From assembly GCA_965230895.1 (NCBI GenBank), contig OZ246394.1:1313887-1377886 (forward strand): 64,000 bases of DNA. The letters are read 5' to 3'. A program made the position numbers and the translations under genes. Of this stretch, positions 1 to 15,000 are shown one piece after another. Position 1 is the first letter of the stretch. Every line of letters begins with the position of its first letter. A model generated the notes under the pieces. It made no database searches. It was not told the DNA's origin and worked only from the letters and a program-made list of their open reading frames with translations. This DNA comes from an uncultured Gammaproteobacteria bacterium. Its GTDB lineage: Bacteria; Patescibacteriota; Microgenomatia; Levybacterales; UBA12049.

Positions 1-3000
1 TCATATGATGATTGCAATGTATTTGAAGCAGCTGAACATTTGACTACATTATCTGAGCCATCAACACAAAGTGCTGTTCCAAGATCAGTTGTAAGGCCAG
101 TCAATACTAAGAATGAATCAGAATCAGTGTTAACTGTTACATCATTTGTACCATTTGGTGAGAATGTAGAAATACCATTTGCTGTAAATGTCTGACCAGA
201 TGCTATAGTTGCTCCACCATTTGCAGTGATCAAACCAGTAACAGTCAAGGCATTGTTAACAGTTGTTGTCCCAGTTCCTGCCCCAATACTTATTGCTGTA
301 GCAGCGCCGCCGATATTCAAGTTAGTAACGCCAGAATTAAGGAGGTTAAATGTACCAGCGGATGAAGTTAAGTCACCACCATTGATTGCTGCATCTCCAG
401 CAGTTGTTACATTTCCAGTTAATGTTGATGTGCCATCGATTGTGAGGTTGCCATTTGATTGGATATCACCAGCGTTTGAAAGGGTAGTACCAGTTGAACC
501 ATAGCCACCACCAACTTGAAGTGAATTCAATGTCGCTGCAGCACTTGGAGCAGTGAATGAAGTAGCATTTGCGAAGTTAACAGTTGCATTGTTGATTGTT
601 GTAGTACCAGTTGCAGCACCGATTGTAACTGCAGTTGCTGCACTTCCAACGTTCAATGTTGTTGCATTTGTAGTGAACAAGTTAACTGTTGCAGCAGTTG
701 TTGTGATATCTCCACCATTTACAGCAACATCTCCAGCTGTTGTGATATCTCCAGATCCACCAGCGATTGAGAAGTTCGTTGCTGTTACATCATTTGCTCC
801 GAGTGAGAGCGCGTTAACGATTTCAGCATCTGAAAGATCCAAAGCATTTGTGATGCCACCAGCAGCAGCTTGGATCTTGATGCCAGCAGCAACTGCTCGA
901 TTGGTATCTTGGTTATCAACCAAGATCATTTGTGCTGGGTCAGTTGTGCCAGCACCGTTTGCTCGAGTGAATGAAGTGAATCCAGTTGAACCATCAGCAG
1001 TTGTGATGGTGAAGTTTGCATCAGTTGCTGTGTCAGTGAGTGTGAATTCGATGTTTCGTGCATCAGTTGTTGTCAAAGTATTTCCGCCATCATATGCACC
1101 TTGGAGTGTAAATGTTGAAGCAGAACACTTTGTGACATTGTCACTTGCATCAAGACAAAGTGCATTTCCAGCAGTTCCTGGAGTTGTAAGTCCAGTTAAT
1201 GTTAGGAATGAATCAGTGTCAGTGTTGATTGTTACATCGTTTGTGCCATTTGGTGAGAATGTACTTGTACCGTTTGCAGTCAAAGTCTGACCGGTTGGGA
1301 TAGTTGCGCCACCATTAAGTGTTGCAAGGCCAGTTGCATTGAATGCATTATTTACAGTTGTTGAACCAGTTCCAGCACCGATTTGAACATTTGTTGCAGC
1401 TCCAGCAAAGTTAACTGTTGTTGCTCCAGTGTTGAAGACATTTGCAGTTCCAGCAGTTGTTGTGAGTGATCCACCATTGACTGCAACGTTTCCTGATGTT
1501 GTTACATTACCAGTCAAGTTAGAGGTTCCATCAACTGTGAGATTACCGTTTGCTGAAACATCACCATTTGCAGCGAGTGTAGTGCCAGTTGAACCATAAC
1601 CGCCACCGATTGTTACTTGTCCAGCTGTTGCGATATTTCCGTTAGAACCAGTGATAGAGAAGTTAGTTGCTGAGACATCATTTGCACCAAGTGCCAATGC
1701 TGTAACGATATCTGAATCAGACAAATCGATTGCTGTAGTAATACCACCAGCAGCTGATTGGATTCGGATTCCAGCAGTCAATGCTTCATTCACATCAAGG
1801 TTTTCGATCAATTGGAGTTGAGCAGGGGATGACGGATTTGAACCATCAGCCAATCCGAAGTATGTGTACCCAGTTGATCCAGCAGCTGTTGTGATAGTGA
1901 AGTTAGAATCAGTAGCTGTATCTGTAAGTGTGAATGCGATGTCTCGAGCATCTAATGTGTCGATTGTATTTCCACCAACGTAAGAACCTTGCAATGTACT
2001 TGATGCAGCTGAACACTTCGTAACATTGTTACTTGCATCGATACAAAGTTGTGTACCAGTTGCAGTTGCTAATCCGGTGATATTCAAGAATGAATCAGTG
2101 TCAGTGTTGATTACCAAATCATTTGTTCCTGATGGAGTGAATGTTGATTGACCATTTGCTACGAAACTGCCAGTTGTTGTCAAAGTCTTACCACTAACAA
2201 GTGTTGTGTCACCGTTAAGTGTTACTGCACCAGTTCCAGTTGAGAATGTACTTGCACCAGTCTGTGCGATGTTGTTGTTGAATGTCGCAACGCCATCAAC
2301 TGAGAGTGCGTCATTCAATGTTGTTGCGCCATCGACATTAAGTGCTGCATTAAGATTTGTATTACCAGCAACATCAAGTGATGCACTGAATGTTGCATAA
2401 CTTGCAACGCCAAGTTGTCCACCGAGTGAAGTCAAACCAGTTCCAACTGTGAATGTATTTGCGCCAGTTACTGAAGTTGCTCCGTTAAGTGAAACTGCGC
2501 CAGTACCAGTAGAGAATGTTCCTGATCCGCTCTGCGCAAAGTTACCAGCTGTTTGTGTGTATCCAGTAATGTTCTCAAGTGCACCAGCATTTGTGAGTCG
2601 GGAAGTACCGCCAGTGAAGAGAGAACCATCAGTGAGATCAAGGTTAGCAACTTGTCCGCCAGTTGAATTCTCAAGACTGAGTGTTCGAGTTCCGCCACCA
2701 GTGATGTCGAGTGTAGTATTGCCACCAGTGAATGCAACGTTTGTATCAGAGATACTGAGATCTGCAAATGTCTTCGCGCCAGTGAATGTTTGTGTTCCTT
2801 CGAGGAATGCAAATGTACCATTTGTACCAAGATCAGGAAGGGTGTATGTTCGTGAAGCTGCGGGATTAACAGCTGTAACTGTGATGTCATTGCCATCATC
2901 TGTACTTGTTGAACCTTCAAAGACTAAGTTATTGCCCTTGTTTGCACTTGAGTCATTACCAGTGAATGCTGATCCAGTCAAAACATTACCAACACCAGTG

Positions 3001-6000
3001 ATTGTACCAGCGCCAACACCTGATGCTGATTGCCATGAAAGAACACCGTTACCATCTGTTGCCAAAACATAATTTGTACCACCAGCATCTGTTGGAAGTG
3101 TGTAGATGATGTTTTCTGTTTGTGTACTTGCAACGAATGTAGTGGAGTATGCATTATCTCCATCTGAAACGACTGAGAATTGTCCTGGTGTATTTGATGA
3201 TCCAGGAGCGACATCTTCACCGATACTGATTCCTGAAGTATTTAAGAAGTTAACTGCGCCAGTTCCAGCAGCAATTGTGAAGTCAGTGTTTGCAGCGAGT
3301 GTAGTGTCTCCATTAAGTGAGATCGCACCAGTTCCAGTTGAGAATGTTCCAGCGCCTGTGATGTCGAAGTTGCCAGCTGTTTGAGCATAGTTTGTGATGT
3401 TTTCAAGTCCACCTGCATTGGTAAGTCGGGAAGTACTGCCAGTGAAGAGGGAACCATCAGTAAGATCAAGATTTGCAACTTGTCCGCCAGTTGAATTTTC
3501 AAGACTGAGAGTTCTTGTTGCTCCACCAGTGATATCAAGTGTAGTGTTACCGCCAGTCAATGCAATTGCTGCATCAGCCAAGACGATGTCATTAAATGTC
3601 TTTGATCCAGTGAATGTTTGTGAACCTTCGAGGAAAGCAAAAGTACCATTTGTTCCAAGATCAGGAAGTGTGAATGTCAAAGATGATGCTGGATTAACGG
3701 CTGTAACAGTAATGTCGTTGCCATCATTAACTGATGTTGATCCTTCGAAGGTTAAGTTGTTACCTTTTTGTGCACTTGAATCATTACCAGTGAATGCTGA
3801 TCCAGTGAGGACGTTACCGACTCCAACGATTGTTCCAGCACCAACGCCTGCCGCTGATTGCCATGAAAGATTACCACTACCATCAGTTGAAAGAACATAA
3901 TTTGTACCACCATTATCTATTGGAAGAGTGTATGTGATGTCTTCAGTTTGTGTTCCGGTGATGAATGATGTTGAGTATGCATTGTCACCATCTGAGATAA
4001 GTTTGATTGCTCCAGGTGTATTTGAAGTTCCAGATGCGATATCTTCACCAACTGTGATTCCAGCTGCATTTGTGAAGTTCGCTGTACCGTTTGCAATCAA
4101 TGCCCCATTTAATGTCGTTGTTCCAGTGATTGTTGCTGCGCCACCGAGTGATGTCAAACCAGTTCCAACTGAGAATGTGTTGGATCCAGAGACTGAAGTG
4201 TTACCATTCAACGTTACTGCGCCGGTTCCAGTTGTGAATGTGTATGCACCTGATTGAGCGAAGTTACCAGAAAGATCAAGTGTATCGTTGATTGAAACGT
4301 TTCCATCGATGTCTGTAATCTCGCCAGATGTTGCAATTCTCAAACCAGTTGTTGCTGATCCAAGATCAACGATGTCATCAAGGACGACATTGCCACCACT
4401 GTTTGCGATTGTGCCGTTCAAGTTCAAGTTGTCAGCGATACTTACATCACCATCAATATCTGAGATAGATCCAGCAGTTGAGACCCTCAAACCAGTTGTT
4501 GCTGAACCGATGTCAGTTGTGTCATCGAGAACCAAATTGCCAGCACTGTTTGAAACAGTTCCTGTCAATGAAAGATTTCCAGTAATTGAAAGGTTATCAT
4601 CAACATTCAATGTGTTTTCAGAGAGATCGGAGAGGGAACCTTCTATTTGGAGATTACCTGTTCGGCCGATGTTCAAAACAGTTGTTCCTGATGCAGATGC
4701 AGTCAATATATTTTGATCACCAGTTTCATTCAAGATAACGAGTGCTTTGCCAACTTGAGATCCTGTGACATTTAATGTGCCATCACCTTGTGTTACTGAT
4801 CCGAGTGTTGTTCGGCCACTTACTGTGAAGTCGCCAGTGACATCAGTGTTGTCATTCAAGTTCAAGCTTGAATTACTGTCTGAGATTGCGCCGGTTACAA
4901 CCAAAGTGCCATCAACGATGGTGTTGTCGTTCAATGTTAAGTCTCCATCAATGTCTGAGATTCCACCTGTTGGAGTAATTCGGATACCTTGTGCTGCTGA
5001 ACCGATGTCAGTTGTATCGTCAAGAACCAAGTTACCAGCACTGTTTGAAACAGTTCCGGTGACAGTTATATTGTCATCGATTGCGACAGTTCCGCCAGCA
5101 TTAATGTTGAGTGTTGATTGATTTGAAGTGATGTCGCCACCGTTAACTGCGATGTCACCTGAGGTTGTGACATTTCCAGTCAATGTTGATGTGCCATCGA
5201 TTGTTAAGTTACCATTTGCTGAGACATCACCGTTGGAAGCAATTGTTGCGCCAGTTGATCCGTATCCACCAGCGAAGTTTGTACTTGCAGCGCCGCCGAT
5301 GTTTACGGTTGTTGCAGTGGAGTTGAACAGGTTAGCTGTTGTTGCATTTGTTGTGATTGATCCACCATTAACTGCAAGGTTTCCTGCAGTTGTGACATCA
5401 CCAGTTAATGTAGAAGTACCATCAACTGTTAAGTTGCCATTTGATTGGATGTTGCCATTACTTGAAAGGGTAGTGCCAGTTGAACCATATCCATTTCCGA
5501 CATTAACTGCATCGATTGCCAATGTTGCTGATCCAGCATTGATTGCAGTTGCATTTGGAAGACTGAGTGTTTGATTGTTAATTGTAGCTGTTCCAGTACT
5601 TGCTCCGAGAACAAGTGAAGTAGCAGCGCCACCAACGTTTACTGTTGTTGCAGTACCATTTGCGATGTTGAATGTTGAAGCGTTTGTTGTGATGTCTCCA
5701 CCGTTTACTGCAACATCGCCTGATGTTGTGATGTTACCAGTCGCAGTAATAGTTCCTGAAGTTGAAATGTTACCGGTTGCACCAGCGATAGAGAAGTTTG
5801 TAGCAGCTACATCATTTGCACCGAGTGAGAGCGCATTGACGATATCAGCGTCTGAAAGATCAAGAGCATTAGTGATACCGCCAGCAGCAGCTTGGATCTT
5901 GATACCAGCAGCAACTGCTCGATCAGTATCTTCATTATCAACCAAGATTAATTGTGCTGGATCATTTGTACCGACGCCATCAGCTCGTGTGAATGATGTA

Positions 6001-9000
6001 AATCCAGTTGAACCATCAGCTGTTGTGATAGTGAAGTTCGCATCAGTTGCAGTGTCAGCTAATGTGAATCCGATGTTTCGAGCATCTGTTGTACTAATTG
6101 TATTGCCGCCGTTGTATGCTGATTGCAAAGTGATTGATGCAGCTGAACACTTAACGACGTTGTCACTTCCATCGACACAAAGTGTACTTCCAGTTGCAGT
6201 TGTCAAACCAGTTACTTGCAAGAATGAATCAGTATCAGTGTTGATGACAACATCGTTTGTACTGTTAGGGGAGAATGTTGATTGTCCATTTGCTGTGAAT
6301 GTTTGGCCAGTTGCGACAGTTGCACCACCGTTTGCTGTGAACAATCCAGTTGCTATTGTTGTGCCATCAACCAAGAGATCATTGTTAATGTTTGTTGTAC
6401 CAGTTCCAGCACCGAGTGAGATTGCTGTAGCAGCTCCAGCGATGTTAACAGTGGTCGCATTCGCGTTAACCAAGTTGAATGTTCCTGCAGTTGTTGTTAA
6501 GTCTCCACCATTGATTGCGACGTCTCCGCTAGCCGTGACATTGCCAGTTAATGTGGAAATACCATCAACAGTTAATGTGCCATTTGCTTGGATGTTTCCT
6601 GCATTTGAAATAGTGACACCTGTTGAACCGTATCCGCCACCGACTTGTAAACCATCGACTCTAGCGAGAGCAGTGAGCGCATCAAATGCAGTTGCATTTG
6701 CAAGGTTTACAGTTGCATTGTTAAGGTTCATTGTGCCGGTTGCAGCGCCGATGTTAACAGTTGTAGCAGCGCCACCAACATTGAGTGTTGTAGCAGTTGC
6801 ATTGAACAAGTTTGCTGTTGTTTGTGTTGTTGCCAATGTACCTGAATTTGCATTGATGTTACCAGTTGCTGTAACTGTTCCTGATGTTGTGATGTTTCCA
6901 TTTGAACCATCGATTGAGAAGTTTGTCGCTGCAACATCATTTGCACCGAGTGAGAGAGCGTTAACGATATTTGCATCAGACAAATCGATTGCAGTTGTGA
7001 CAGCTCCACCTGAAACTCCAGCGATTCGCAAAGCAGTTGGAAGTGCTCGGTTAACATCTTGGTTTTGGATCAAAACTAATTGTGTAGGATCTGCTGCGCC
7101 AGCGCCATCAGCTCGAACGAATTGTGATCCACCAGTTGAACCAGTTGCAGTTGTCACAGTGAAGTTGCTGTCAGTTGTTGTATTTTCCAAAGTGAATGCG
7201 ATATCTCGTCCATCAGTTGAATTGATTGTGTTTCCACCATTGTATGCAGATTGCAAAGTGATTGAATCAGCTGAACAGACTGCAACTGTGTTACTACCAT
7301 CGATACAAAGTGCACTTCCAGTTAATGTTTGCAGTCCAGTGATAGTAAGGAGTGAATCAGTGTCAGTATTGATGGTAATGTCATTTGTGCCATTTGGTGA
7401 GAATGTACTTCCGCCATTTGCGATAAATGATTGACCTGATGCGATTGTTGCACCGCCATTAAATGTAGCCAAACCAGTTGATGTTGTTGTGCCATCAACG
7501 AGCAAGTTGTTATTTACATTTGTTGTACCAGTACCAGATCCAATTGAGAGGGCAGTAGCAGCACCAGCGAAGTTTACAGTTGTAGCATTTCCATTAACCA
7601 AATTGAATGTTGTTGCAGATGTTGTAAGGTCTCCGCCATTCAATGCAATGTCGCCAGTTGCAGTAACATCACCAGTCAAAGTAGAAGTACCATCGATGAT
7701 CAAATTGCCATTCGCTGAGATGTTGCCATTGTTTGCAAGTGTAGTTCCAGTTGATCCATAACCGCCACCGATTGTTACTGAATCAATTGTCAACGCAGCA
7801 GATCCAGCATTGATTGCTATAGCATTTGCGAAGTTAATTGTCGCATTGTTGATGTTTGCAGTACCAGTGTTTGCACCGATGTTCAATGTCGTAGCAGCGC
7901 CACCAACATTGAGTGTTGTTGCATTTGTATTGAAGAGAGCAGCAGTTGCATTGGTTGTTGTAAGATCTCCACCATTGACTGCAACATCTCCAGCAGTTGT
8001 GATGTTTCCTGTACCACCAGCGATAGAGAAGTTCGTAGCAGCAACGTCATTTGCACCGAGTGAGAGGGCATTAACGATGTCAGCATCTGAGAGATCCAAA
8101 GCATTAGTTATGCCACCAGCTGCAGCTTGGATCTTGATGCCAGCAGCGATTGCTTCATTACTGTCAGCATTTTCAACTAAGATAACTTGGCCAGCTGGTG
8201 CACTGTTTGTGCCGTTAGCCAAACCGAAATATGAGTATCCTTCTGAACCAGCAGCTGTCGTGACGGTGAAGTTAGCATCAGTTGTTGTGTCAGACAATGT
8301 GAACGCGAGATCTCGGCCATCTGTTGTGTTGATTGTGTTTCCACCGTTGTATGCAGATTGCAATGTAACAGTATTTCCTGAACACTTTGTGACATTGTTA
8401 CTACCATCAACACAAAGTTGTGAACCAGCTGATACTGGAGTTGTAAGTCCAGTAAGTGTTAAGAATGAATCTGCATCAGTGTTAATTGTTACACCATTTG
8501 TACCATCAGGTGAGAATGTTGATTGACCATTTGCTGTTAATGTCTGACCAGTTGCGACAGTTGCACCGCCATTGAATGTAGCGAGACCAGTTGCTGTTGT
8601 AGTGCCATCAACCAAGAGATCATTGTTAACGTTTGTTGTACCAGTTGATGATCCCAAGTTAACGACTGTCGCAGCACCAGCGATATTTACAGTTGTAGCA
8701 TTTGTATTAAAGAGGGAAGCAGTACCAGCTGTTGTTGTGATATCTCCACCATTTACAGCGGCATCACCAGCAGCAGTAACATTACCAGTTAATGTAGAAG
8801 TTCCGTCGATGGTGAGATTGCCATTTGCTTGGATGTTTCCAGTGTTAGATATTGAAACTCCAGTAGAGCCATATCCACCACCAACTACGAGTGAATCAAT
8901 TGTCAAAGCAGCAGATCCAGCATTGATTGCTGTCGCATTTGGAAGTGACAATGTCGCATTGTTGATGGTCATTGTCCCAGTGTTTGCTCCAATTGCGAGT

Positions 9001-12000
9001 GTTGTAGCAGCGCCGCCGATGTTCAATGTTGTAGCATTTGCATTAACCAAATTGAATGTTCCAGAAGTTGTTGTGAGGTCTCCACCGTTGACAGCAACAT
9101 CACCAGCTGTTGTTACGTTACCAGTCAATGTTGAAGTACCATCGATTGTGAGATTACCATTTGCTTGGATGTTGCCAGCATTAGAGATGCTAACTCCAGT
9201 TGATCCATAACCTCCACCGAGAACTGCACTATCAAGTGTTGCAACTGCGCTTGCTGCATTGATTGCAGTTGCATTTGGAAGTGATAGGGTAGCGTTATTG
9301 ATTGTTGCTGTACCTGTACTTGCACCGATGTTCAATGTTGTTGCAGCACCAGCGAAGTTAACTGTTGTTGCATTTGCATTGAGGAGATTTGCCGTTGTTG
9401 CAGTTGTTGTGATTGAACCACCATTTACAGCTACATTTCCACCAAATGTTGCAGCACCAGTTCCGAGGAATGAATATGTCGGGTTAGTTGTTGTGTTACC
9501 AAATGAGATGTTTTCTGCTCCATCAGTTGTGTTGATGTTGATGTAGTTGTTTGAACCTTCTTGGATGTCGAATGCATCTGCATTGTTATCAACCAAATTC
9601 GCAGTCAAGTTATTATTCAATGTTGTTGTACCACTTCCAGCTCCAAGTGTGATTGCAGTTGCGTCACCGCCAATGTTCAAAGTCGTAGCATTTGCATTAA
9701 AGAGGGAAGCAGTACCAGCTGTTGTTGTGATATCACCACCATTTACAGCAACATCACCAGCAGTCGTGACGTTACCAGTTAATGTTGAAGTGCCATCGAT
9801 TGTGAGGTTACCGTTTGCTTGGATAGTTCCAGCATTACTGATTGAAACGCCAGTAGAACCATAACCGCCACCGATTGCTACAGAATCGATAGTTAATGCT
9901 GCATTTGCTGCGTTGATTGCAGTTGCATTTGGAAGTGACAATGTTTCGTTATTGATTGTCATTGTGCCAGTACTTGCACCGATGTTGATTGCAGTTGCAG
10001 CTGCACCGATGTTCAAAGTCGTAGCATTTGCATTGAAGAGGGAAGCTGTTGCATTTGTTGTTGTTACGTCGCCGCCGTTGACAGTAACATCACCAGCTGT
10101 GGTGATGTTACCATTGCCACCATTGATTGAGAAGTTGGTAGCAGTGACATCATTTGCACCGAGTGATAGTGCATTAACAATTTCAGCATCAGACAAATCG
10201 ATTGCAGTTGTGATACCACCAGCTGCTGATTGGATTCGGATGCCAGTTGAAAGTGCTTCGTTGACATCAAGGTTCTCAACCAAAACCAATTGGCTAGGGG
10301 ATGTTGTGTTTGTGCCATTTGCCAAACCGAAGTATGAATATCCAGTTGAACCAGCAGCTGTTGTGACTGTGAAGTTACTGTCAGTTGTTGTATTTGCGAG
10401 TGTGAATGCGATGTCTCGTGCGTCAGTTGTGGCGATAGTATTGCCGGTGTTATATGCCGCTTGCAAACCGAATGGAGCACCGTTACAAAGTGTTACTGCA
10501 TTTGAACCATCAAGACAAAGTGCATTTCCAGTTGCTGTTGCGAGACCAGTCAAGATAAGTGATGAATCAGTATCCGTATTGATTGTTACATCATTTGTGC
10601 CACTTGGTGAGAATGTACTTGCACCATTTGCAGTGAATGTCTGACCAGTTGCGACTGTTGCGCCACCATTGAATGTAGCCAAACCAGTTGCAGTCAACGC
10701 ATTGTTTACAGTTGTTGTGCCAGTTCCAGCACCGAGTGAGATAGCTGTTGCTGCGCCACCGATATTCAATGTCGTTGCATTTGTATTGAAGATGCTTGCA
10801 GTTCCAGCTGATGTTGTGATGTCGCCACCATCAACTGCGAGATCACCAGCAGTTGTGACATCCCCAGTTAATGTAGATGTACCATCGATGATCAAGTTAC
10901 CGTTTGCTGAGATGTCACCGTTGTTTGCGAGAGAGATTCCTGTCGAACCATAACCTCCACCGAGAACTGAACTGTCGATTGTTGCAATTGCATTTGCTGC
11001 ATTGATTGCAGTAGCATTTGGCAATGATAGGGTAGCGTTATTGATTGTCATTGTTCCTGATGCAGCACCGATGTTGACAGTAGTAGCAGCGCCACCAATG
11101 TTCAATGTGGTTGCTGTTGCGTTGAACAAGTTTCCAGTTGCTTGCGTTGTAGCCAAAGTACCTGAATTTGCATTGATGTTGCCAGTTGCAGTGATAGTTC
11201 CTGATGTTGTGACGTTCCCGTTAGAACCAGTTACTGAGAAATTAGTACCAGTGATGTCATTTGCGCCGAATGCTAATGCAGTGCCAATTTCAGCATCTGA
11301 GACATCAAGAGCAGTAGTGATACCACCAGCAGCTGATTGGATTCGAAGACCTGTTGCCAATGCATCATCAGTATCAGCATTTTCGATAAGGACTAATTGT
11401 GCTGGGTTTGTACTGTTTGCGCCATCAGCCAAACCGAAGTATGAAGATCCAGTAGAACCAGCTGCCGTTGTTACTGAGAAGTTGGAATCAGTTGCTGTGT
11501 TTGTTAAGTTGAATGAAATATCTCTTCCGTCAGTTGTGTTGATTGTATTTCCACCATCATATGCTGATTGCAATGTAATAGAAGCAGCAGAACATTTAAC
11601 GATGTTGTCAGCGCCATCGATACAAACTGTTTGACCAGTTGCTGTTGTAAGTCCAGTTACTTTCAAGAATGAATCTGCATCAGTGTTGACTGTTACACCA
11701 TTTGTGCCATCTGGATTGAAAGTTGATTGACCATTTGCAGTTAATGTCTCACCCGTTGCAACTGTGATTCCATCATTTGCAGTGATTAAACCAGTTGCAG
11801 TCAATGCATTATTAACTGTCGTTGTGCCGGTTGCTGCTCCGATTGAGAGGGAAGTAGCAGCACCAGCGAAGTTCACAGCAGTTGCATTTGCATTAACCAA
11901 ATTGAATGTTCCAGCAGTTGTTGTAAGATCTCCACCATTTACAGCAACATCACCAGCAGTTGTTACATTTCCAGTTAATGTAGAAGCGCCATCAACAGTT

Positions 12001-15000
12001 AATGTACCGTTTGCTTGGATGTTACCAGTGTTACTGATTGAAACACCAGTTGAACCGTAACCGCCACCAACTTGCAACCCATCAACTCGAGCGAGAGCGG
12101 AGAGCGCATCAAATGCAGTTGCATTTGGTAATGCAACAGTAGCATTTCGGATGTTTGCAGTACCAGTTGTTGCACCGATATTTAATGTAGTAGCAGCGCC
12201 ACCAACATTGAGTGCTGTTGCACCAGTGTTGAAGAGATTTGCTGTTGTTGCACTTGTTGAGAGAGTACCGCCGTTCACAGCAACATTTCCTGATGTTGTG
12301 ACATTACCGTTTCCGCCATCAACTGAGAAGTTTGTACCAGTGATGTTGTTTGCGCCGATTGCGAGAGCATTTACGATTTCAGCATCTGATACATCAAGTG
12401 CAGTTGTGATGCCACCGTTTTCTGATTGGATTCGAAGACCTGCTGCTACTGCATCATCAGCATCTGCATTTTCGATCAAGACTAATTGATTTGCTGGAGC
12501 AGTATTTGCACCATCAGCCAAACCGAAGTATGAATATCCTTCTGAACCAGCAGCTGTAGTGACAGTGAAGTTAGCATCAGTTGTAGTATCAGCGAGATTG
12601 AATGCGATGTTTCTGTTGTCTGTTGTTGTGATAGAATTTCCGCCGTTGTATGCAGATTGGAGTGAGATTGAACCTTGTGAACATTTAACGATGTTGTCTG
12701 AACCATCGATACAAAGGAGAGAGCCAGTTACTGTTTGCAATCCTGTTACAGTCAAGAATGAATCAGTATCAGTGTTGATGACAACATCATTTGCACTTGC
12801 TGGTGAGAATGTACTTGCACCATTTGCTGTGAATGCATCATTTGCAGTGAGATCTCCAGTGAATGTACCAGTTCCGGTTACTGCCAAATCATTGTTTACA
12901 GTTGTTGTTCCAGAAGCTGCACCAAGTGAAATAACTGTAGCAGCACCGCCAATGTTAACTGTTGTTGCATTTGTGTTGAAGAGGGAAGCGGAGCCAGCAG
13001 TTGTTGTAAGATCTCCACCATTCAATGCTAGGTCTCCAGCTGAAGTGATGTCTCCAGTTAACGTAGAAGTGCCATCAACAGTTAATGTACCGTTTGCTTG
13101 GATGTTGCCAGTTCCTGAAACTGAAACTCCAGTTGATCCATATCCACCGCCAACTGAAAGTGAACCGATTGTTGCAAGTGCATTTGCTGCATTGATTGCC
13201 GTAGCATTTGGAAGTGAAAGGGTAGCATTGTTGATAGTTGCTGTACCAGTTGTTGCACCGAGATTCAATGAAGTAGCAGCGCCACCAACATTGAGTGTTG
13301 TTGCAGTTGCATTGAAGACATTTGCAGTTGTTGCTGATGTCTGGATAGTTCCACCATTAACTGCGATGTTACTTGCAAATGTTGCCAATCCTGTACCTGA
13401 GAATGTGTATGTTGGGTTTGTACTGGAGTTACCAAATGAGATATTTTCAGCTCCATCAGTTGTATCAACGTTGATGTAATTGTTGGTTCCTTCCTGGATA
13501 TCAAGGGCATCTGCACTGTTATCGACGATGTTTGCAGTGAGGTTATTATTCAATGTTGTTCGACCTGATCCAGCACCGAGATTAACGTTTGTTGCGACGC
13601 CACCGATGTTCAATGTTGTTGCATTAGTATTCAAAAGGTTGAATGTTGTTTGGTTGGTTGTTAAGTCTCCGCCGTTGATTGCGACATCACCAGCAGCAGT
13701 TACATTGCCAGTCAAAGTTGATGTTCCATCGATTGTTAAGTTACCGTTTGCTTGAATGTTTCCTGTGTTACTGACAGTGACACCAGTTGCACCGTATCCA
13801 CCACCAACTTGCAATCCATCAACTCGAGCGAGGGCACCGAGAGCATCAAATGCAGTTGCATTAGACAAAACAACTTGATCGTTTCGGATTGTTGCAGTAC
13901 CAGTTGTTCCGCCGATTGTTAAGTTAGTAGCAGCGCCAGCGAAGTTTACAGTTGTTGCTGTGCCATTAATCAAGTTAAATGTTGTTGCACTCGTTGTGAT
14001 ATCTCCACCATTTACAGCGAGATCTCCAGTCATTGTTGTGTTGCCAGTAACAGCCAATGTTGAAGAGAGTGTAGTAGCTCCAGTTACTCCAAGTGTTCCG
14101 CCAACTGTTGTATTACCAGTTAATGTAGAAATACCATCAACAGTTAATGTACCGTTTGTTGAAATGTTGCCATTGTTTGCGATAGTTGCACCTGTTGAAC
14201 CATATCCACCGCCAACTTCGAGTGAATCGATTCGAGCGAGAGCAGAGAGAGCATCAAATGCAGTTGCATTAGACAAGACCACTGTATCGTTGTTGATTGT
14301 TGCAGTACCAGTTGCAGCACCCAAATTAAGTGAAGTAGCAGCTCCACCGATGTTCAATGTTGTAGCGTTTGTGTTGAAGATATTTGCACTAGTTGCGAGT
14401 GTTGTGATGTCACCGCCATTGATTGCTGCATCTCCAGCTGATGTGATGTTACCATTTGAACCATCAACTGAGAAGTTGGTTCCAGCGATATCATTTGCAC
14501 CAAGATCAATTGCAGTGACGATGTTTGCATCAGACAAATCAATGGCTGTTGTGACATCTCCACCAGTAACACCAGCAATCTTCAAACCAACTGGCAATGC
14601 TTGATCAGCATCAAGATTTTGGATCAAGACTAATTGATCTGGATTATTTGTTCCAACACCATCTGCTCTGAGGAATTGTGTTCCGCCAGTTGCACCGGTT
14701 GCAGTGGTGATAGTGAAGTTTGCATCAGTTCCAGTATCAGCAAGTGTGAATGAGATGTCTCTGTTGTTTGTTGTGTTGATTGTGTTTCCGCCGTTGTATG
14801 CACCTTGCAATGAAACTGATCCAGCTGAACACTTTGTGACATTGTCACTGCCATCGATACAAAGAAGATTTCCAGTTGCAGTTGTTAAGCCAGTGATTGT
14901 TAAGAATGAATCTGAATCAGTATTGATTGTGACATCATTTGAACCATCAGGAGTGAATGTACTGATACCATTTGCAGTGAAAGTTTGACCTGATGGAACT